A DNA stretch of 64,000 nt from Camelus dromedarius (GCF_036321535.1 NC_087436.1:118236001-118300000); one strand, 5' to 3'; positions 13,199 through 26,451 are shown, numbered from the stretch's first letter. The notes: generated by a model from the letters alone, not told the origin. Made by a program: numbers and translations.

Positions 13199-13632
13199 GT
13201 TGAAGTACGCATAACATGAACTTTACCACCTTAACCATTTGTAAGTGTACAGTTCAGTCACGCTAAGTACATTCACATTGTTGTACAGCCAGTCTCCAGA
13301 ATTCTTCCATCTTCCCAAACTGAAACTCACATCAGTGGACCCCTACAGTGTTTGTCTTGTTATGACTGGCTTATTAGCATAATATCCTCAAGGTTCACCC
13401 ATATTGTAGCCCGTGTCCGAATTTCTTTCATTTTTAAAGCTCAATAATATTCCATTGTCTGTATAAACCACATTTTGTTTATCCATTCATATGTTTCTGG
13501 ACATTTGGTTGGCTTCCACCTTTTGGATATTGTGGTGGATGCTACTGTAAGCAATTTTTTGAGGCACAGACCCAGGAGTGGAATTGCTGGGTCCTGTGAT
13601 AATTCTATTTTTAATTTTTTGAGGAACTGCCT
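13199..13632 (-). mobile_element. Old L1M 3' fragment
   Basis: TTAACCATTTGTAAGTGTACAGTTCAGT...AATATTCCATTGT...GGAATTGCTGGGTC...GAGGAACTGCC. Confidence 0.88.
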
Positions 13633-15267
13633 GGGCTAGAGTTTTATGTTGAAGAACTTCAACTGATGGACTAAAGAATTCACACTCTTCTGCAGACCAC
13701 GGGAAGCGTATTCTCAGAAGAGAACATATAGCATCCTTACACAGCAGGCATTCTAAGGGGCAGAGGTATAGATCAAGGCAGCCAATTGGGAGACGGCTAC
13801 AGATGTTAATGTCATGTGATACCAATTTACAAGGAAAGATTGAGATCAGTATTTTAGTTTGGAGGATATTAACCATTAGAATTAACCTCTAGTACTCACA
13901 CGAATTGAGTTTGCTTCCTTTCCACCACCATGGGAGGCACTTGCAAATTCTGAATATTTTAATGCAGAAACCAACTTTCTTTCTCAAAAGTAAACAAGCT
14001 TTCTTTAATATGAAAGGTTAAATCACATCAAGATATATAGAACACTGTTAATTATTTTTTCGAAAAAGCAATAAAAATTACATATTGCAGGAACTCTCCT
14101 TAGTGCTGAGGTGGAAATTTTACATCCATTCCTTGACTTCAGGTTGGAATTGCAGATCTGAAGACACAAACAAATTACAGACAGTCAGCTGAACCCCAGG
14201 AATGGAATGAATAAATTTAAGCCCTTATGCACTTATGATCTATTTGCAAATTGCCAGGTCCTGTCATCTGGGGAACCATCCCCCAAATCTCCTTTTAGTC
14301 CCACATCCATTGAAGTTCAAAATCCTCCTGGTTCATCTCTCTGCCTCCATCCATCACCGTCTCTCACTTGGACTAAGTCATGGGCCTTTATATATAGGCC
14401 AGGGTGCAGGCAGATGACAAGGAATTGATGACGTGAATGTATGCTTTCTGAATCGAGGAGCAAATAAGGGATGATAAAGCAACAAAGAGATAGCAGCAGC
14501 AGGTACCTGCTACATACCCAGAGCTGGAGGGACACGGGGGCAGGGAAGTAGGGAGCAGGATGTCACGGAGTTGTGGAGCCAGGTTCCTGCAGTGGAGCTA
14601 AACCCTCAGAGGATCTGCTCAGTGAGAGCTGGAGCTGGGCAGTAAGGTGGAGGCAGGGACTGTGTGATACAAGTCAGAATAACAACATGGAGAAGATGCA
14701 GCCTTGCCAGGGGTGCCACCCAAAGAAACATCCTCGCTTCTCCCAACAACCACCCTCCAGTCTTCCGCCATAGGGCCAAACCAGCTGGAAAGCAGAAGAC
14801 AAGGATACCCAGGACATGTGGTCCCTGTGATACAGAAAAGAACAGGAAGTGGAGCAGACCGCCAACAGGCACGTGGTGGGCACAGCCTCCTGGTCTAGCT
14901 GGTTATGCTTCGGGCTTCCATCACTCCAACCTCCGTCCTTCCTGGTGGTTTCCCTGTAACACTGTTGTTGTGATGTCACTGCCAGCTCCAGCACTGTCCC
15001 CCCCCCCCCCCCCGTGACGGCTACTATGACTTCAGAGGGAAGCATGTTAGCGTTCCATGCTTTGTCCTCTCCGCCACTGAAGTACCTCATACAGACCTCC
15101 ACTATCACAGCGGCCATCCCTGTAGTCTTCAGTTAGTATATTTCTCCCACTTGATTTCAGTCCCTACAAACTTGGAACCATGTTATCATCATCAGTTCAG
15201 TCCCAGTGCCTGTAACACAGGGCCTGTCAAGACCATTTGACAGGTGACCATGGAATGCCTGTAATAT

Positions 15268-15802
15268 TGTTAACAAATCCAAGTTCATGCTGCTTGCCAC
15301 GCACCAGGCCAGAAAATCGAGAGACAAGTTGTAGGGGCAAGGAATAGTGACTTTATTCGGAAAACCAGCAGGCCGAAAAGATGATGGGCCAGTGTCCCAA
15401 AGAACCATCTTGCCTGAGTTAGAATTCAAGCTTCTTTTATATTAAAAGGGGAGGGAGTAAAGGCAGACATTTCTTGGTTCCCATCGGCCTCTGGAAGGGA
15501 TGTGTTAGTTTCTTCCTGCCTGCGGTCAGTCACAGGTGGGCCTGCTAAGGGTGTTTACTGTGAGCTACACAAAGGTATTTTAGCTTAATGCTCATTACCT
15601 GGGAGGCAGGCTTCCCAGAGATGGGCCACTGTGTATCATTTAAACTCTGGGAGGCAGGGTTCCCGGAGATGGGCCATTATGTATCATTTAAGCTCACGGC
15701 AGCATCCCTTTAGGGATGAACTTGTAGCAAAAGCGGTGGAAGACAGGTTAGAGTAAAAGAAACAGACCCAATCCAGAGTCAGATTTGTTCTCCCCGATTA
15801 CA
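15268..15802 (-). mobile_element. ERV1-type solo LTR, copy 2 of the pair, with an internal 48-nt tandem duplication
   Basis: TG...CA ends; minus-strand AATAAA (tttatt at about 15352); colinear with 2286-2747. Confidence 0.85.
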
Positions 15803-16819
15803 GGATTATACTATACATCTTTTGTATAAATACATCTTCTACATAAATATTTTGAAATTCAAACATTTTAACTTTAGAGAGTCTTGTATTGTTTCATATA
15901 ATTCATGCAACAATTCTTTAGTATAGACAGTATCTTATGGGTCTACTTATTTTATAGATGGAGAAAATGGAGGTTCAGAGAGAGGCTGTGACTTGTTAAG
16001 GGGGCAGGGTCAGCCAGGGCTGGAAGCAGGTCTTGTTGGTGGTGTTCGGGCTCAGAGACCGAGGCCTGAGTGATGCTTCTCCTGTGGGCTCTGGGCAGAA
16101 CTTGCACACCAAAGGCAGACTGCAGCCTTGTGCTCGCCCTGCGGCCTCTGCTCGGTTACTGCGCCCTGCTGCCTGGCATTGCTTCTTTTAGGTATTATAA
16201 GAATTGTCAGAGGTGGAGGCTTCTACCAAAACAGAATGACTTTTAGTTCAGGGCTATGAAGATATTATCCAGAGCAAAGCTGCGCTGACCAGCCAAAGAA
16301 TTAGATGTGGAAAGACGTTTTTGGCCAGCTTCCCTATTGTGGCTGTTCCTGTGTCCCTTAATTTATTGATGTGCTAGCTAATCGTGACACGTGTCCTGGT
16401 ACCTATGGGGGTTTTGGCTCTGTGAGAGATGTTCCTGTGTTTACTCCATTGTTTGACGTAGAAAAATTCAATATTCATCGCTAATTGAATACTCTTAGTT
16501 ACTAAAGAGGGAAACTGCCTCCTGGCATATTCAGATGAAATTATCAGTTTCAAAACACGCATCCTTTTCTCTCCACTCCCACTCAGTAGAAGCTCTTGTA
16601 ATATTTGCATGAACTAATGAATGGAAGACATCCTGACTCATTCCCTGGATGGAGACATCTTTCTAAAACAAAACAAACCATGTCACTTTGCTTCTTAAAA
16701 ATGCTCCCTGACTCCCCATTGCCCACAGAACAAAGTCTGAATGCCTTTGCCCTGTTGTTCATACTTTGACCCTTAATTCTCACTCTGCCCACTAGTCCCT
16801 CCACGCTGTCGGGAGTTGT

Positions 16820-17340
16820 CACAGTTGTTTAGATCAATTCAGAGTGATAGAGGCTCAAATTGAACCAGTTTAAGAAGGAAGGAATTTTAACTTAAAAAAT
16901 TTAGAAGTTGAGCATATCTGATATGGCTGAAGCTCTGTCTCAGAGAAAGGGAGAGAGAGAGAAAGGTAGGTCTTGTTTTGTAGCTGTCTGCCGACTTCAT
17001 TTGGCAAACAAGCTCTCTCCAGTGGGTGAGCACTGTGGCTGCCAGCAGCCCCACGCTGCCCTGTGCCCAGCTGGACCACCACAGCGGAAGCAGGTCCTGT
17101 CCTTCACCAGACTCACAGATCAACCCCAGAGAAGCCTGGTTGATTCTGCTGAGTCACATGACTGTCCCAGACAAACCCCTGATTGGTTCTGCTTGAATCA
17201 CGTGACTATCCCCAAGACACTTCTGATTGGTTTGCTCAGGTCACATGGCTCTCCTGACTGAATTCCTATAGGCAGAAGAATGAAATAGTCTAATTGATAC
17301 TTGAGCTGTGGTACCCATGGTCTGAGCCCCATGGACAACC
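16820..17340 (-). mobile_element. Old MaLR (MLT1-type) LTR
   Basis: CTGATTGG...GGTCACATG motifs typical of old MLT1 LTRs. Confidence 0.5.
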
Positions 17341-18454
17341 CTCATGATGGGGGAAGGGTTCCCCAAAGGAGCTAGAAGGAGGCAGAAAACTGCTGAGTAG
17401 AAAAAAGCACGCTGCTCTAGTCGGCGCCCACACGAACCCTTTTAGGCCTCCATACTTTCCGTGTGCTGTCTGCCTGAGTACCACTCTCTTATCAGCTCTT
17501 CCTGGGAAATATACTTCCTTCCTTGAAAAGCCTTCCTTCGTAACGGTACAGTTATTTCCCGGTCTGTGTTTCCGCTGAACTTGGGCAACTCCAGTCGTAG
17601 AAGTGCCTGTCCTCTCTACCTCCTTCCCCAGACTGTGGGTTTATTCATGTGCCTCTTGTGATGCATCTTGCTCCCTTTAAGGGTTAACGCGGTGCCTGGC
17701 ACACAGTGGGTTCTTGACATATCTCAAAGCAGTGACTAAGTTGAATAATAAGGACCTCTAAGCGTTCTCTAAATTAAACCCGAAGTATACCTGGTTTCAT
17801 TCCTATTTGAAAATTCTGTACTTGTTTTCAGCATTCATCCTGTTTCCCTGCATTCTTAAAAAGCTGCATATCAAGTAAGATTCTGTTCTATAGCAGTGAA
17901 ATTAGATGCTGGGCTGGAGAAGAGATGTTCGTGTTTGAAAACCTTCAGCCTCACCAATTGTATGAACACACAGCGAGTTTCTATTGAGGTTGGCAGCGGG
18001 TGGTATTTCTTAATGTTTCGGCACACGTTTCCCTGCGGGGCGGTGAAAAGTCAGCTGGGGAGCTGTCTTCGGTGTCGATATTACTCATTTTTCAAAAGAG
18101 ACTGATTAGTGAGTCACTGGGGAAGAGGAAGTTCTCAAGAGTGAGTGTGTGTGTGTGCGTGTACGTGTGTGTGTGCTGCAAAGGTGTGCTGCTGTGAATC
18201 AGATGGCTGAGGGCTAGGGATTTTAAAGGGCAGTGTTACAGGGGCTGATTTAGAATTGTGGCCTGGCACTGCTGCGCTCAGTGATGTCTGCAGATGTGCA
18301 TGAAAATTTGTGGGCAACTCACAGCTGAGCAGACGCTAGACAGGTCCCCCCTGCTTAGTGTGTATTTCTCTGAGATGTAGGGATACCCCAGATCTACTTC
18401 CAAAAGGACCTGGGATGACATTAATAGACTGAGGGCATGGAAGGCAGTGAGCCC

Positions 18455-18920
18455 AGAGTCCAGGTTCTGAGATAGAATCCCTAGCCATGCTCTCGGTGGA
18501 AAGTTGCTTCACTCCCCTGAGCCTCAATCCAGTTTTCTTCCTCAGAAATCGGGGTGGTGATGACAGCCACAAGGATCCTGTGCAGAATAAAGAGAGCATG
18601 TCCAAGAGTGCCAAGCCTTGAGTGTGTCCTCTCAGTCCCTCTATACATTTGTCACATCTACCCACCTCTTACCTTCCTGAAGGATTTAACAAGGCAGAGA
18701 AATTAAAACAGAGTGAAATATTTATTAAATAAAACTGAGTTTGGAGCCTGGCTCTGCCACCTGCTCCCTAAGTCACTGGAACAAGCCGGTTAATCTCTTC
18801 GATTCCTCACTTTCCTCATCTTTCAAATGAGATGAGTATATGTCACTCATTGGTGATGGTGGAGATGGGGTGAAATAGCGTATAAGAAGATGCTCGGTGC
18901 CAGGGAGGTGCCGAAGTGTG
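18455..18920 (+). mobile_element. Two MIR fragments (about 18455-18620 and 18740-18920)
   Basis: CTGAGCCTC...TTTTCTTC and CCTCACTTTCCTCATCTTTCAAATG cores. Confidence 0.65.
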
Positions 18921-20479
18921 TGGGAGAAAAGGAAACTTGCTCGTCAGGAGGCATGAATGGCCCAGTCACCCGTCCCAGGTGATGACTCCAATGGTATCGA
19001 CGTACCTGGACTCTTGGTGGCTTCTTTGTAATGTTTTGCGTTGAGCAGAAGCACCTGGCATTTCACAGAGATAGACTTGGGTCCAAATCCTGACCTCGTC
19101 TTTGTTGAAGTTGGTGCCAAACTACTGGACTACTAAGTCTGAAAGGCAAATTGGAGTGAATACTACCCACTGTGGCCCTGACGATCGCTGCCAGTGTTGG
19201 CGTGCCTGCTTCGCCACAGGGTTCAGCTGGGCGCATTATGCACACTATTTAATCCTCACAGCCATCAGGTCCGTTAGGTATTATTCACCGCTAGCCCAGG
19301 AGGCTCAATCACTTGTGGGATTTATGAGGACAGGAAGAGGTGGGAGGAGTTTCAGCCCACATCTGCAGACCTCAGTGTCCTGCCCCTGTCCCTTCGCTCT
19401 ACGTTTAGATTTTAACTTCAGAAGCAAAAAAGAAAACACCCTTATCACCTGGAAAGAATTCACATTTCTCCCTAGAATTAAGCTAAGAGAGAAATGTAAC
19501 ACATGGGTTTTTTTTTTTTTAATAAGACATTAACGATTCCTTTGTCAATGCACAACGAAAGGCCGTTCACTCTTCAGGATTCAGAAATGCTCCAGGGCAG
19601 CTCTGGGAAAAGCTCTTTATGCCTTTTGATTTGTCAAATGGAAGAGGAAAGGTACTTAAACTGTGTGGTCCCGGAGGGCAGAGGGGTGGATGTGATGGGG
19701 AGGCTGGTGTCCATCACGTGAAGAAGCATGTAGAGCTGTCCAACCTGTGGCTAACAGCCTAGCCAGGCACTGAGTAGTTGCCTTTCATGGACCCCCTTTC
19801 AGTGGAGGCTGGAGGACCGCTGAACAGGATGCTGGCGAGAGGACGCATCCAGGGACAGAGCAGCGGGCTGCAGGGCTGGCAGCTCCCCTGCACCAGCATG
19901 GAAACTCCTTCAGCCTAGTCACGTCACACTTGAACCAACTGTGGAGATGCTACGCTTGGCCAAGGACAAGTCAACTTTTAGGAGGGAAATGTGAGCATGA
20001 CTAGTTTATTGTGTTACTTCTGCTTGTTGGGCTGTTTAAATCAAATTATTTCCATTTTCTGTAATCTTTGCCCATTTGTGCCGTGATGAGTGATCTTTCT
20101 CTGTTGCATAGCAGATCCCGTTTGGGGTAGATCCCATCACATTCTAGGAAACTTTGGGAATCAAAAGTCCAATACAGTCCAGTTTAAAACTCTCATCTCA
20201 TTTAAGGTCCAGAGGCTTCCCCGCCTCAGTCGCTGTCCAGGTATGGCTCCGGATGCTTAGGTGGGGAGGGGCTTGTATGCCCTCTCCATTCTGTCCTGTC
20301 TCTCCCCGTGGCATGTGAGTGTGGAGATGCTCACCCCCAGTTCCTCGCTCTTTGAAGTCTCTCACTTCTCCGGTGCATCAGGTCAGAGAAGAGGGGGATA
20401 AAAAGGGACTGACTGGCTGTGCTAGTCCTTTTGCTGTCCGCTGACTGGCCATGGGCCCTCCTTCCATGGAGGTGCCTAA

Positions 20480-20660
20480 TAATAACCACAGCAGGCTCAC
20501 CACGGGTCAGGTCGGGTGCTAAGGGATTTGCATTCAAGAACTTACTTAATGCTCACAACACCCCCTTCAATTAGATCTGTCATTATCCCCAAGTTATAAA
20601 TGAGGAAACTCAGGCAGAGGCGCAGCACGATGCCCAAGGTCAGAAGGGAGGTGACCCAGG
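20480..20660 (-). mobile_element. MIR
   Basis: ATTATCCCC...ATGAGGAAACTCAGGCAGAG...CCCAAGGTCA. Confidence 0.8.
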
Positions 20661-20979
20661 CCGGCCTGGTGGCAGGTGGCCTCGTCTCCCATGGGCATGA
20701 GTGAGTCCCTCTGGAGGGTCTGGCAGGGCCCTGACATGGGAGTTTCAGAGCAGCCCTTCCTTCTTCCCCCTCCTTCTGTTCCTGTCCTCTGAAGGGCATT
20801 CCCAAAACTCACTGCTGGTGTCCCCCGGGGACACTGCACAGGAGACTCACGCATCCTTTCTGTGTTAGACGCTGGGAGGGAGAGGGCTGCCCGCCCACTA
20901 TTCTCTTCCTCTTTCCCGCTGTGGCAAAATCGGTAAATTGTGCCCAGTGTCTGGTCTTCCCGTGGCCCACGGCGTTCAG

Positions 20980-21400
20980 TGGTAGCTGGGCACGTGGCTG
21001 TTCCAAACAAACACCACGTTGCCTGCCTGCCTTGTGTTAGCTGTGATCATGGGACTGGGCGCTGGCCAATGAGATGTGAGCAGAAATATCAAAGGCAACT
21101 TCCAGGAACCTTCTGATGAGCCAGTTGACACTCTTTGCCTCTTCCTCCACCTCTCTTCCACCTGGCTGCTTTGATGGAGACAGGACACCTGGAGCCCCAT
21201 CCTAGGGGATGGAAATCCACGCCCTGGGGGTGACAGAGTGGGGAGCTACCGAGAACCTGGTTCCCCAGAGACTTCACGACGCCCAGCTGCTGTGCTGGCT
21301 CTCAGTCGCCTACCTCTAGATTTCTACACGGCAGAGAAAGAAACTTCTTTCTTTTGTCCAGCCATCATTATCTAGGGGCCAAACCTAAATCCAGCTAATG
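20980..21400 (+). mobile_element. Old MaLR (MLT1-type) LTR
   Basis: GGCCAATGAGATGTGAGCAGAA...AGAGAAAGAAACTTCT...AGCCA. Confidence 0.65.
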
Positions 21401-22315
21401 GGTCCATGTCTCTCACTCTCATTCTTGCCCCTGTTCAGGTCAGCACAAGGGCAAGAAGCAGGCTCACTGTCTGAGCAGACCTGCAACCAGGGCACCAAAA
21501 TGCCGTTCGTTCACCCGTTCTTGCAGGCAGCTCTGATCTCTGCTGTGGGTCTCCTGGGCCCTTTCTTGGCTTCAGAAGATAGGGGCACCTCTTCCCATGT
21601 TCGTGGGCTCCTTCTCCAAGCTGGCATGTCATGCGTGAGGGGTCTCACTATCTACCCTCACCCGTCTTCCTATATGAGGATTTGGGGGGCGGGGTGCAAA
21701 GGCAGCTGGAGGTCAGACCAACTGTGCCCACACTTGCTGAGTCCACTTCTTGGACCTGGTGGCCAGTTCTCAGGCCACGTGGAGATCTCAGTCATGATCC
21801 TGTTAGGTGTGTTTCCTAGACACCAGCCAAATGGGCCAAGTAGCTATGAACAAGCACATTAACCAGGGTTGATTGGACCAGTTCACCAGTCATAAGGTTC
21901 TTGCAGACAGCTTCATGTTCCCTGTGGGATTCTCACTGGCTGACTCAACGCCTGCCACATTGGAGGAGCGCCGTGTTTTTGAATGAATAAACGAATGAAT
22001 GAACTCTTTGGAAGCCCTTTTGAGAGAGTTTAATTCTGAAGAGTGACTAATGGCATCAGTGGGTAAAGATGATGATTGAGACTGAATCAGAGGTGTGTTT
22101 ACACTTCTGAGATAAGAAATAATATTTTATTCAAGCAAAGGGGTCCCCAAACTCAAGTCCGGAGTTCAGCGTGTACAAGCAACACCTGAGCTTGGATTCC
22201 CCCCTGGAGAGTCAGGTGCAACAGGGCCAAGATGCTGGGCTGGCTGCCACAGGGCCGGGACTGGAGCCCTGGTGCCATCACTGACTGATGGAACTTCCAG
22301 TGAGGTGTTCACCTC

Positions 22316-22659
22316 TGTTAAAGAAAAGATCGTTTGACACTTGCTGGAATGGTAAGGAAGACTTTATTCAGGACCACTGCAGTGGGGTCAAGACCACTGC
22401 CACAGAGGAGAGAGATCAGGTCAGATCTAAGTACAGCAAAGACAAGCGGGGACTCTTGCCGAGGAGCAGAATGGAGGATGGCAGAGGGGAGCCTGCTAGA
22501 AGGAAATGTCAAGAGTAGGGGTCTTCTCCCTGAACCAATGTAGCTGCAGGATTCTCCCTAAAATAAAACTTGGCATGCCAAAGAGAGGGCCCCGGGATGA
22601 ATTCCGGGCAAAAAGGGGGCTCAGAGGATCCTGTCTGAGGTTTGGCCAAGTCTTTGTCA
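22316..22659 (-). mobile_element. ERV1 LTR of the MER67/MER31 group
   Basis: TG...CA ends; the minus strand starts TGACAAAGACTTGGCCAAAC and contains AATAAAGTCTTCCTTACC. Confidence 0.75.
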
Positions 22660-22794
22660 TTCTTGAGTTTGTCTGTTGTCCTAAGTCCCTTGCAGAGTTG
22701 TTGTGAAAACAACACGAGGCAGGGCCACAGACGGAGAGAGGGGAAGCCGGAATCCGGCCCTGGCTGCGCTCAGCTCGCTGTGCAGATGTTTACC

Positions 22795-22945
22795 TGCAGG
22801 ACCAGTTAATGCATGTTTTACGCTTGTGGGTCATGGGGTCCTCGTCTCTTTGCTCAGCTCCTCCCTCGTAGCGTGAAAGCAGGAATAGACAGTGCATCAG
22901 CGAGCGGGGTGACTGCATTACAGTGAAACGTCATTTACAAAAAGA
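22795..22945 (+). mobile_element. MER58-like hAT-Charlie DNA transposon fragment
   Basis: CTTGTGGGTCAT...CTCAGCTC...TAGCGTGAAAGCAG...TAGACA...ATTTACAAAA. Confidence 0.6.
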
Positions 22946-24463
22946 TTTGGATTTGTGCCTGAGACATAGGTGGTGACCTCCATCTGGAGGGGCGTCTCGT
23001 CCAGTCCACGCAAAAGTGCCGAGTAGGCTGGGGGTGCAGGTTTCATAGGGCTTGCGGTCCATTTGCCTCACACTATCAGCTATGATTTCCTTCATAGTCC
23101 AGTGGTAGTGTGTGTTCAGTGTGAGCTGCATTGCAAACCTTTTTGGAATACAGTGGATATAGTATTTTCAAATACATTTTTGTGGGTGACCTTCCCAAGA
23201 TGCTGGTCTATGGAACTTGGGGCAGGGAGACCAGGGAGGGGTGGGGTCCCAGGAGGTGGCATTATCTAATGGGGAGGAGAGCCCCTCTGTGCAGGACACA
23301 CCCAGACGAACACAGAGCTGTCCTCCTGGGGGCACAAGCCATTTCTCCACTTCACCCCTGGAAACAGGCCAGGATGTGGGCTGCACTTGAGTTGACCCCA
23401 CTCATCCCTGCAGACAGTAGCAGATGGACCAGAATGAAAACACAATACAATTACCCAGTAGTAGGCTGACCCTGTGAAAGAGAGAGGAGCCAAGGAGTTG
23501 GAACGGCTTACGTTTAAGGAAATACAGACAAAGGATTGGGGACCAGAGTAACCAGCAAGAGACTAGAAAATGTGGAAGCTGGGGGGTGGAGGGGGTGCCA
23601 CAGACCTGGGCCCCCTCGTTCCTGCCGTCTCTGTCCAGCCGGGTTGTTCGTAGAATCCACTGAGAACACCATGCCGTCCATTATTCCCTCCAGGGGCCTT
23701 GAAGCACCAGCCTGGCCAGGACTCCTGGTGTCTGGCTCCCCTTAGCTCGGGTTCTGCATTCTGGACATCATCATTTCTGTTCCGTGTTGGCATCCTACCA
23801 AGGAGATTGTCAGTAACCCCATGTTTCATCCTACGCTAGACCAAAAAATTCAGAATTTTTAAAAAGGAGAAGACGACAGCTCTGCTCTCATCTTTTCTGG
23901 GTCAGTGGACTATTTAATAAGATTTCGGCTTCATCCCTATCATTACAATAATAACTGCATCTACACACTCTGTGCTCAAGACCTCAGCAGGAGAAAGTGG
24001 ATCCTACCAGCCTGATGCTCCCCGCTCTTCCTCTGCACCACACATCTGTACCTCTTCCCTGAATTCACACTGGTTTTTGGGAAAGCTGAGCTTTCTGCCA
24101 TAAGCGTGATAAAGTCTAAGATTGGGTTCAGCACGGCAGAGGCCCTTCAAGATGTGAGACCCACGGCCCTAATGGTGAATCCTCATTTCACTTGCTTGAG
24201 GCCGACAAAGACTAGCTGGATGCTGACGAGGAGTCCAGCACTCTGTTCACAGTAATTGGAAGATGTGATCTCAGTGGCGGGGGATCAGCCTGTGGAGCCA
24301 GGAGAAGCTTTCTGGGAGGAGGCAGATTTGGAGCATGAGCAGGAGTCACCCAGAAACCAGAGAAACAGGATGAAGCCGCAGTGTCTGAGTCCTCATGGGT
24401 TCAGCTTTACCATTCGGGTTAGTCAGGGTTCTCCAGAGAAACAGAACCAAAAGGATAGATACA

Positions 24464-25087
24464 CACATCTTCCTCGAGCTATGATGAGGTTATGTTCTGA
24501 TCAACCCATCTTAAGTCAAAAATGCATTTGTGGGGGAGGGTATAGCTCAATGGTAGAATCATACTTAGCTTGCACGAGGTCCTAGGTTCAATCCCCTGTA
24601 CCTCCATTAAAAAGAAATAAACCTAATCCCCCCCCAAAATAAAAAAAGCCTTAAAAAAAGTTTTTTAAAAATGCGCTTAATACACCTAACCTACCAAACA
24701 TCATGGCTTAGCTTAGCCTGCCTTAAACATGCTCAGAACACTTGTTAGCCTCCAACTGGGCAAAACCATCCAACACAAAGCTGACTTTATAATTAAGTGT
24801 TGAGTCGCTCGTGTAATTTATTGCATACTGTACTGGGGGGAGAAACAGAGTGGCTGTCTGGGTACAGAACGGTTGTAAGCGCTTCAGTTGTTTGACATCA
24901 GACCGCTTGGCTGACTGGTGGCTGTGGCTCACGGATGCCCAGAATCAGGAGATTGCATGCCGCTAGCCTGGGAAAAGATCAAAATCCAAACTTCGAAGTA
25001 GGGTTTCTATTGCATACGAATTGCTTTCACACAATTGTAAAGTCAAAAAATCGTTAAGTTGAACCGCTGTAAGTGGGGGACCACCTG
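24464..25087 (+). mobile_element. MER47/Tigger5-type TcMar-Tigger DNA transposon, itself split by a SINE
   Basis: TCCTCGAGCTATGATGAGGTTATGTTCTGATCAACCCATC...TAATACACCTAACCTACCAAACATCAT...TAAGTGGGGGACCACCTG, with degenerate TIRs. Confidence 0.85.
24532..24666 (+). mobile_element. Camelid tRNA-derived SINE (Vic-1-like)
   Basis: GGGGGAGGGTATAGCTCAATGG (A box 24543-24553), B box GGTTCAATCC 24585-24594; AAAAATGC repeated at 24518-24525 and 24667-24674. Confidence 0.92.
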
Positions 25088-26451
25088 CATATGGAACTGG
25101 CTCACTTCACTGTGGAGCTGAGCAGGTTCCAAGATCTGCAGGCGAGTCCTTGAGGTGGAGATGCGGGAGAGCCAGTGGAAGTACCAGTCCAAGGGCCAGC
25201 TGGCTGGAGACCCAGGAAGAGCTGATACTTCAGTTCAAAGTCAAAGGCAGGCAGGAAACAATCTCTCTTACAAGAAGGAAGGTCAGCCCTTTGGTTCTCT
25301 CCAGGCCTTTAACTGATGGGTGAGGCCCACCCACACTAGGGTGGGCAATCTGCTTTATTCAGTCCATTGACTCAGAGGTTAATCTCATCCCAAGCCATCC
25401 TCACAGACACACCCAGGATAACACTGGACCAAGTATCTGGGCACCCCGTGGCTCAGTCAAGTTGATGCATTAAAATTGCCATCACACCACCCATTCATCG
25501 TTCCCACTAGGGTGGCTGGTCTGTGGGTTGATCTGGAATTTTGACCAGTGACAGCTGAGACTGTTGGAGACAGCAGCTGGGCAGAGAGGGGACAGCATGT
25601 ATGTCGGGACAGCTGACTGGCATCAGGGCATCGGTGGGCCTAGTCTTCCCTCAGCCTTGATGTTTCTGCCTCCAGAGGGGGCTTAGCTCGTGTCACTCAT
25701 AATCTCTCTGAGCCTCTGGACTCCAATGTCAAGTGACTCATCTGATTAGTAATTTGGAAAGATTTACTGGTCGTGGCCTGCTCAGCTCTGCCCACAGAGC
25801 ATGCGTGCTCTTCTGTTCTCTGTGTTCTCCGTTCAGTCGAGCAGGTCTTCTCTCTGTGGGGGGACCTTCCTTGGTTGAGTTACCCAAGACTGTGTGGGTG
25901 GGTCTTCTGTTCCTAGGCCCTTTCGGCCCTCCCGCTAAGCCTCATCTTCCAGCGTAACCTCTACCCGTGGCAAAGATGCTAGGCTGGCCCCTAGCTCTGC
26001 TCTGCTGTATTATTCCCCGAAGTGCTCACCGTCCAGGTGGGAGTAGTAGGTGCTGCTTAGCAGACATCTGCTCAGAGACCCCGTAAGTTAACTTAACAAC
26101 TTAGTAAGTTAGTAAGGGTTCAACTCTGGAAATCAAAAATTCAAGGCAATCAGAGGAAAGAAGATTCACAGAATGGCGGAGGAAATGTTTAAAAGGAAAA
26201 TCAGAGGGCCAGAGCCAAGCCTTGACCCGAGCCCCTTCGCCTGGAGCGCAGCAGAAAGAGCGACAGCGGAGGAATGAGAACAGGCAGCGGTGAGAGAGCC
26301 CCGCCGGCACGCAGCCACACGCGGAGAGAAGCTTCAAGAAGCTGGAGGACAGTGGCAAGTGCTCAAGCCAGATATTCAGAGTTTTCCAACTCGCCAGCAT
26401 CCCAAACTCCCAAAGTCCAAGCACATCCAGTACTACCCACTTCCGTCACGA

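Larger units (their letters stand above)
24415..25486 (-). mobile_element. MLT2 (ERVL) solo LTR split by a MER47/Tigger5 insertion
   Basis: TTAGTCAGGGTTCTCCAGAGAAACAGAACCAA at the left end and GGGCACCCCGTGGCTCAGTCAAGTTGA...TAAAATT...CATCACA at the right end. Confidence 0.88.

Noticed and set aside
2286..15802. Full-length provirus bounded by the two similar LTRs
   Set aside because: No gag/pol/env-like sequence or shared TSD, and the interval contains older MIR, L2 and L1 elements.
21398..21862. 154-aa ATG ORF with an acceptor-like sequence near 21438
   Set aside because: No similarity to kinases or other proteins I recognise, and no convincing paired donor.
24532..24610. Possible tRNA gene (A box and B box), also near 9030, 28670-28740 and 62670-62740
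   Set aside because: These are SINE heads with A-rich tails, some with TSDs; the copies differ from each other and are not intact tRNAs.
26083..26112. Short palindromes TAAGTTAACTTA and AACTTAGTAAGTT
   Set aside because: Too short and AT-rich to separate from chance.
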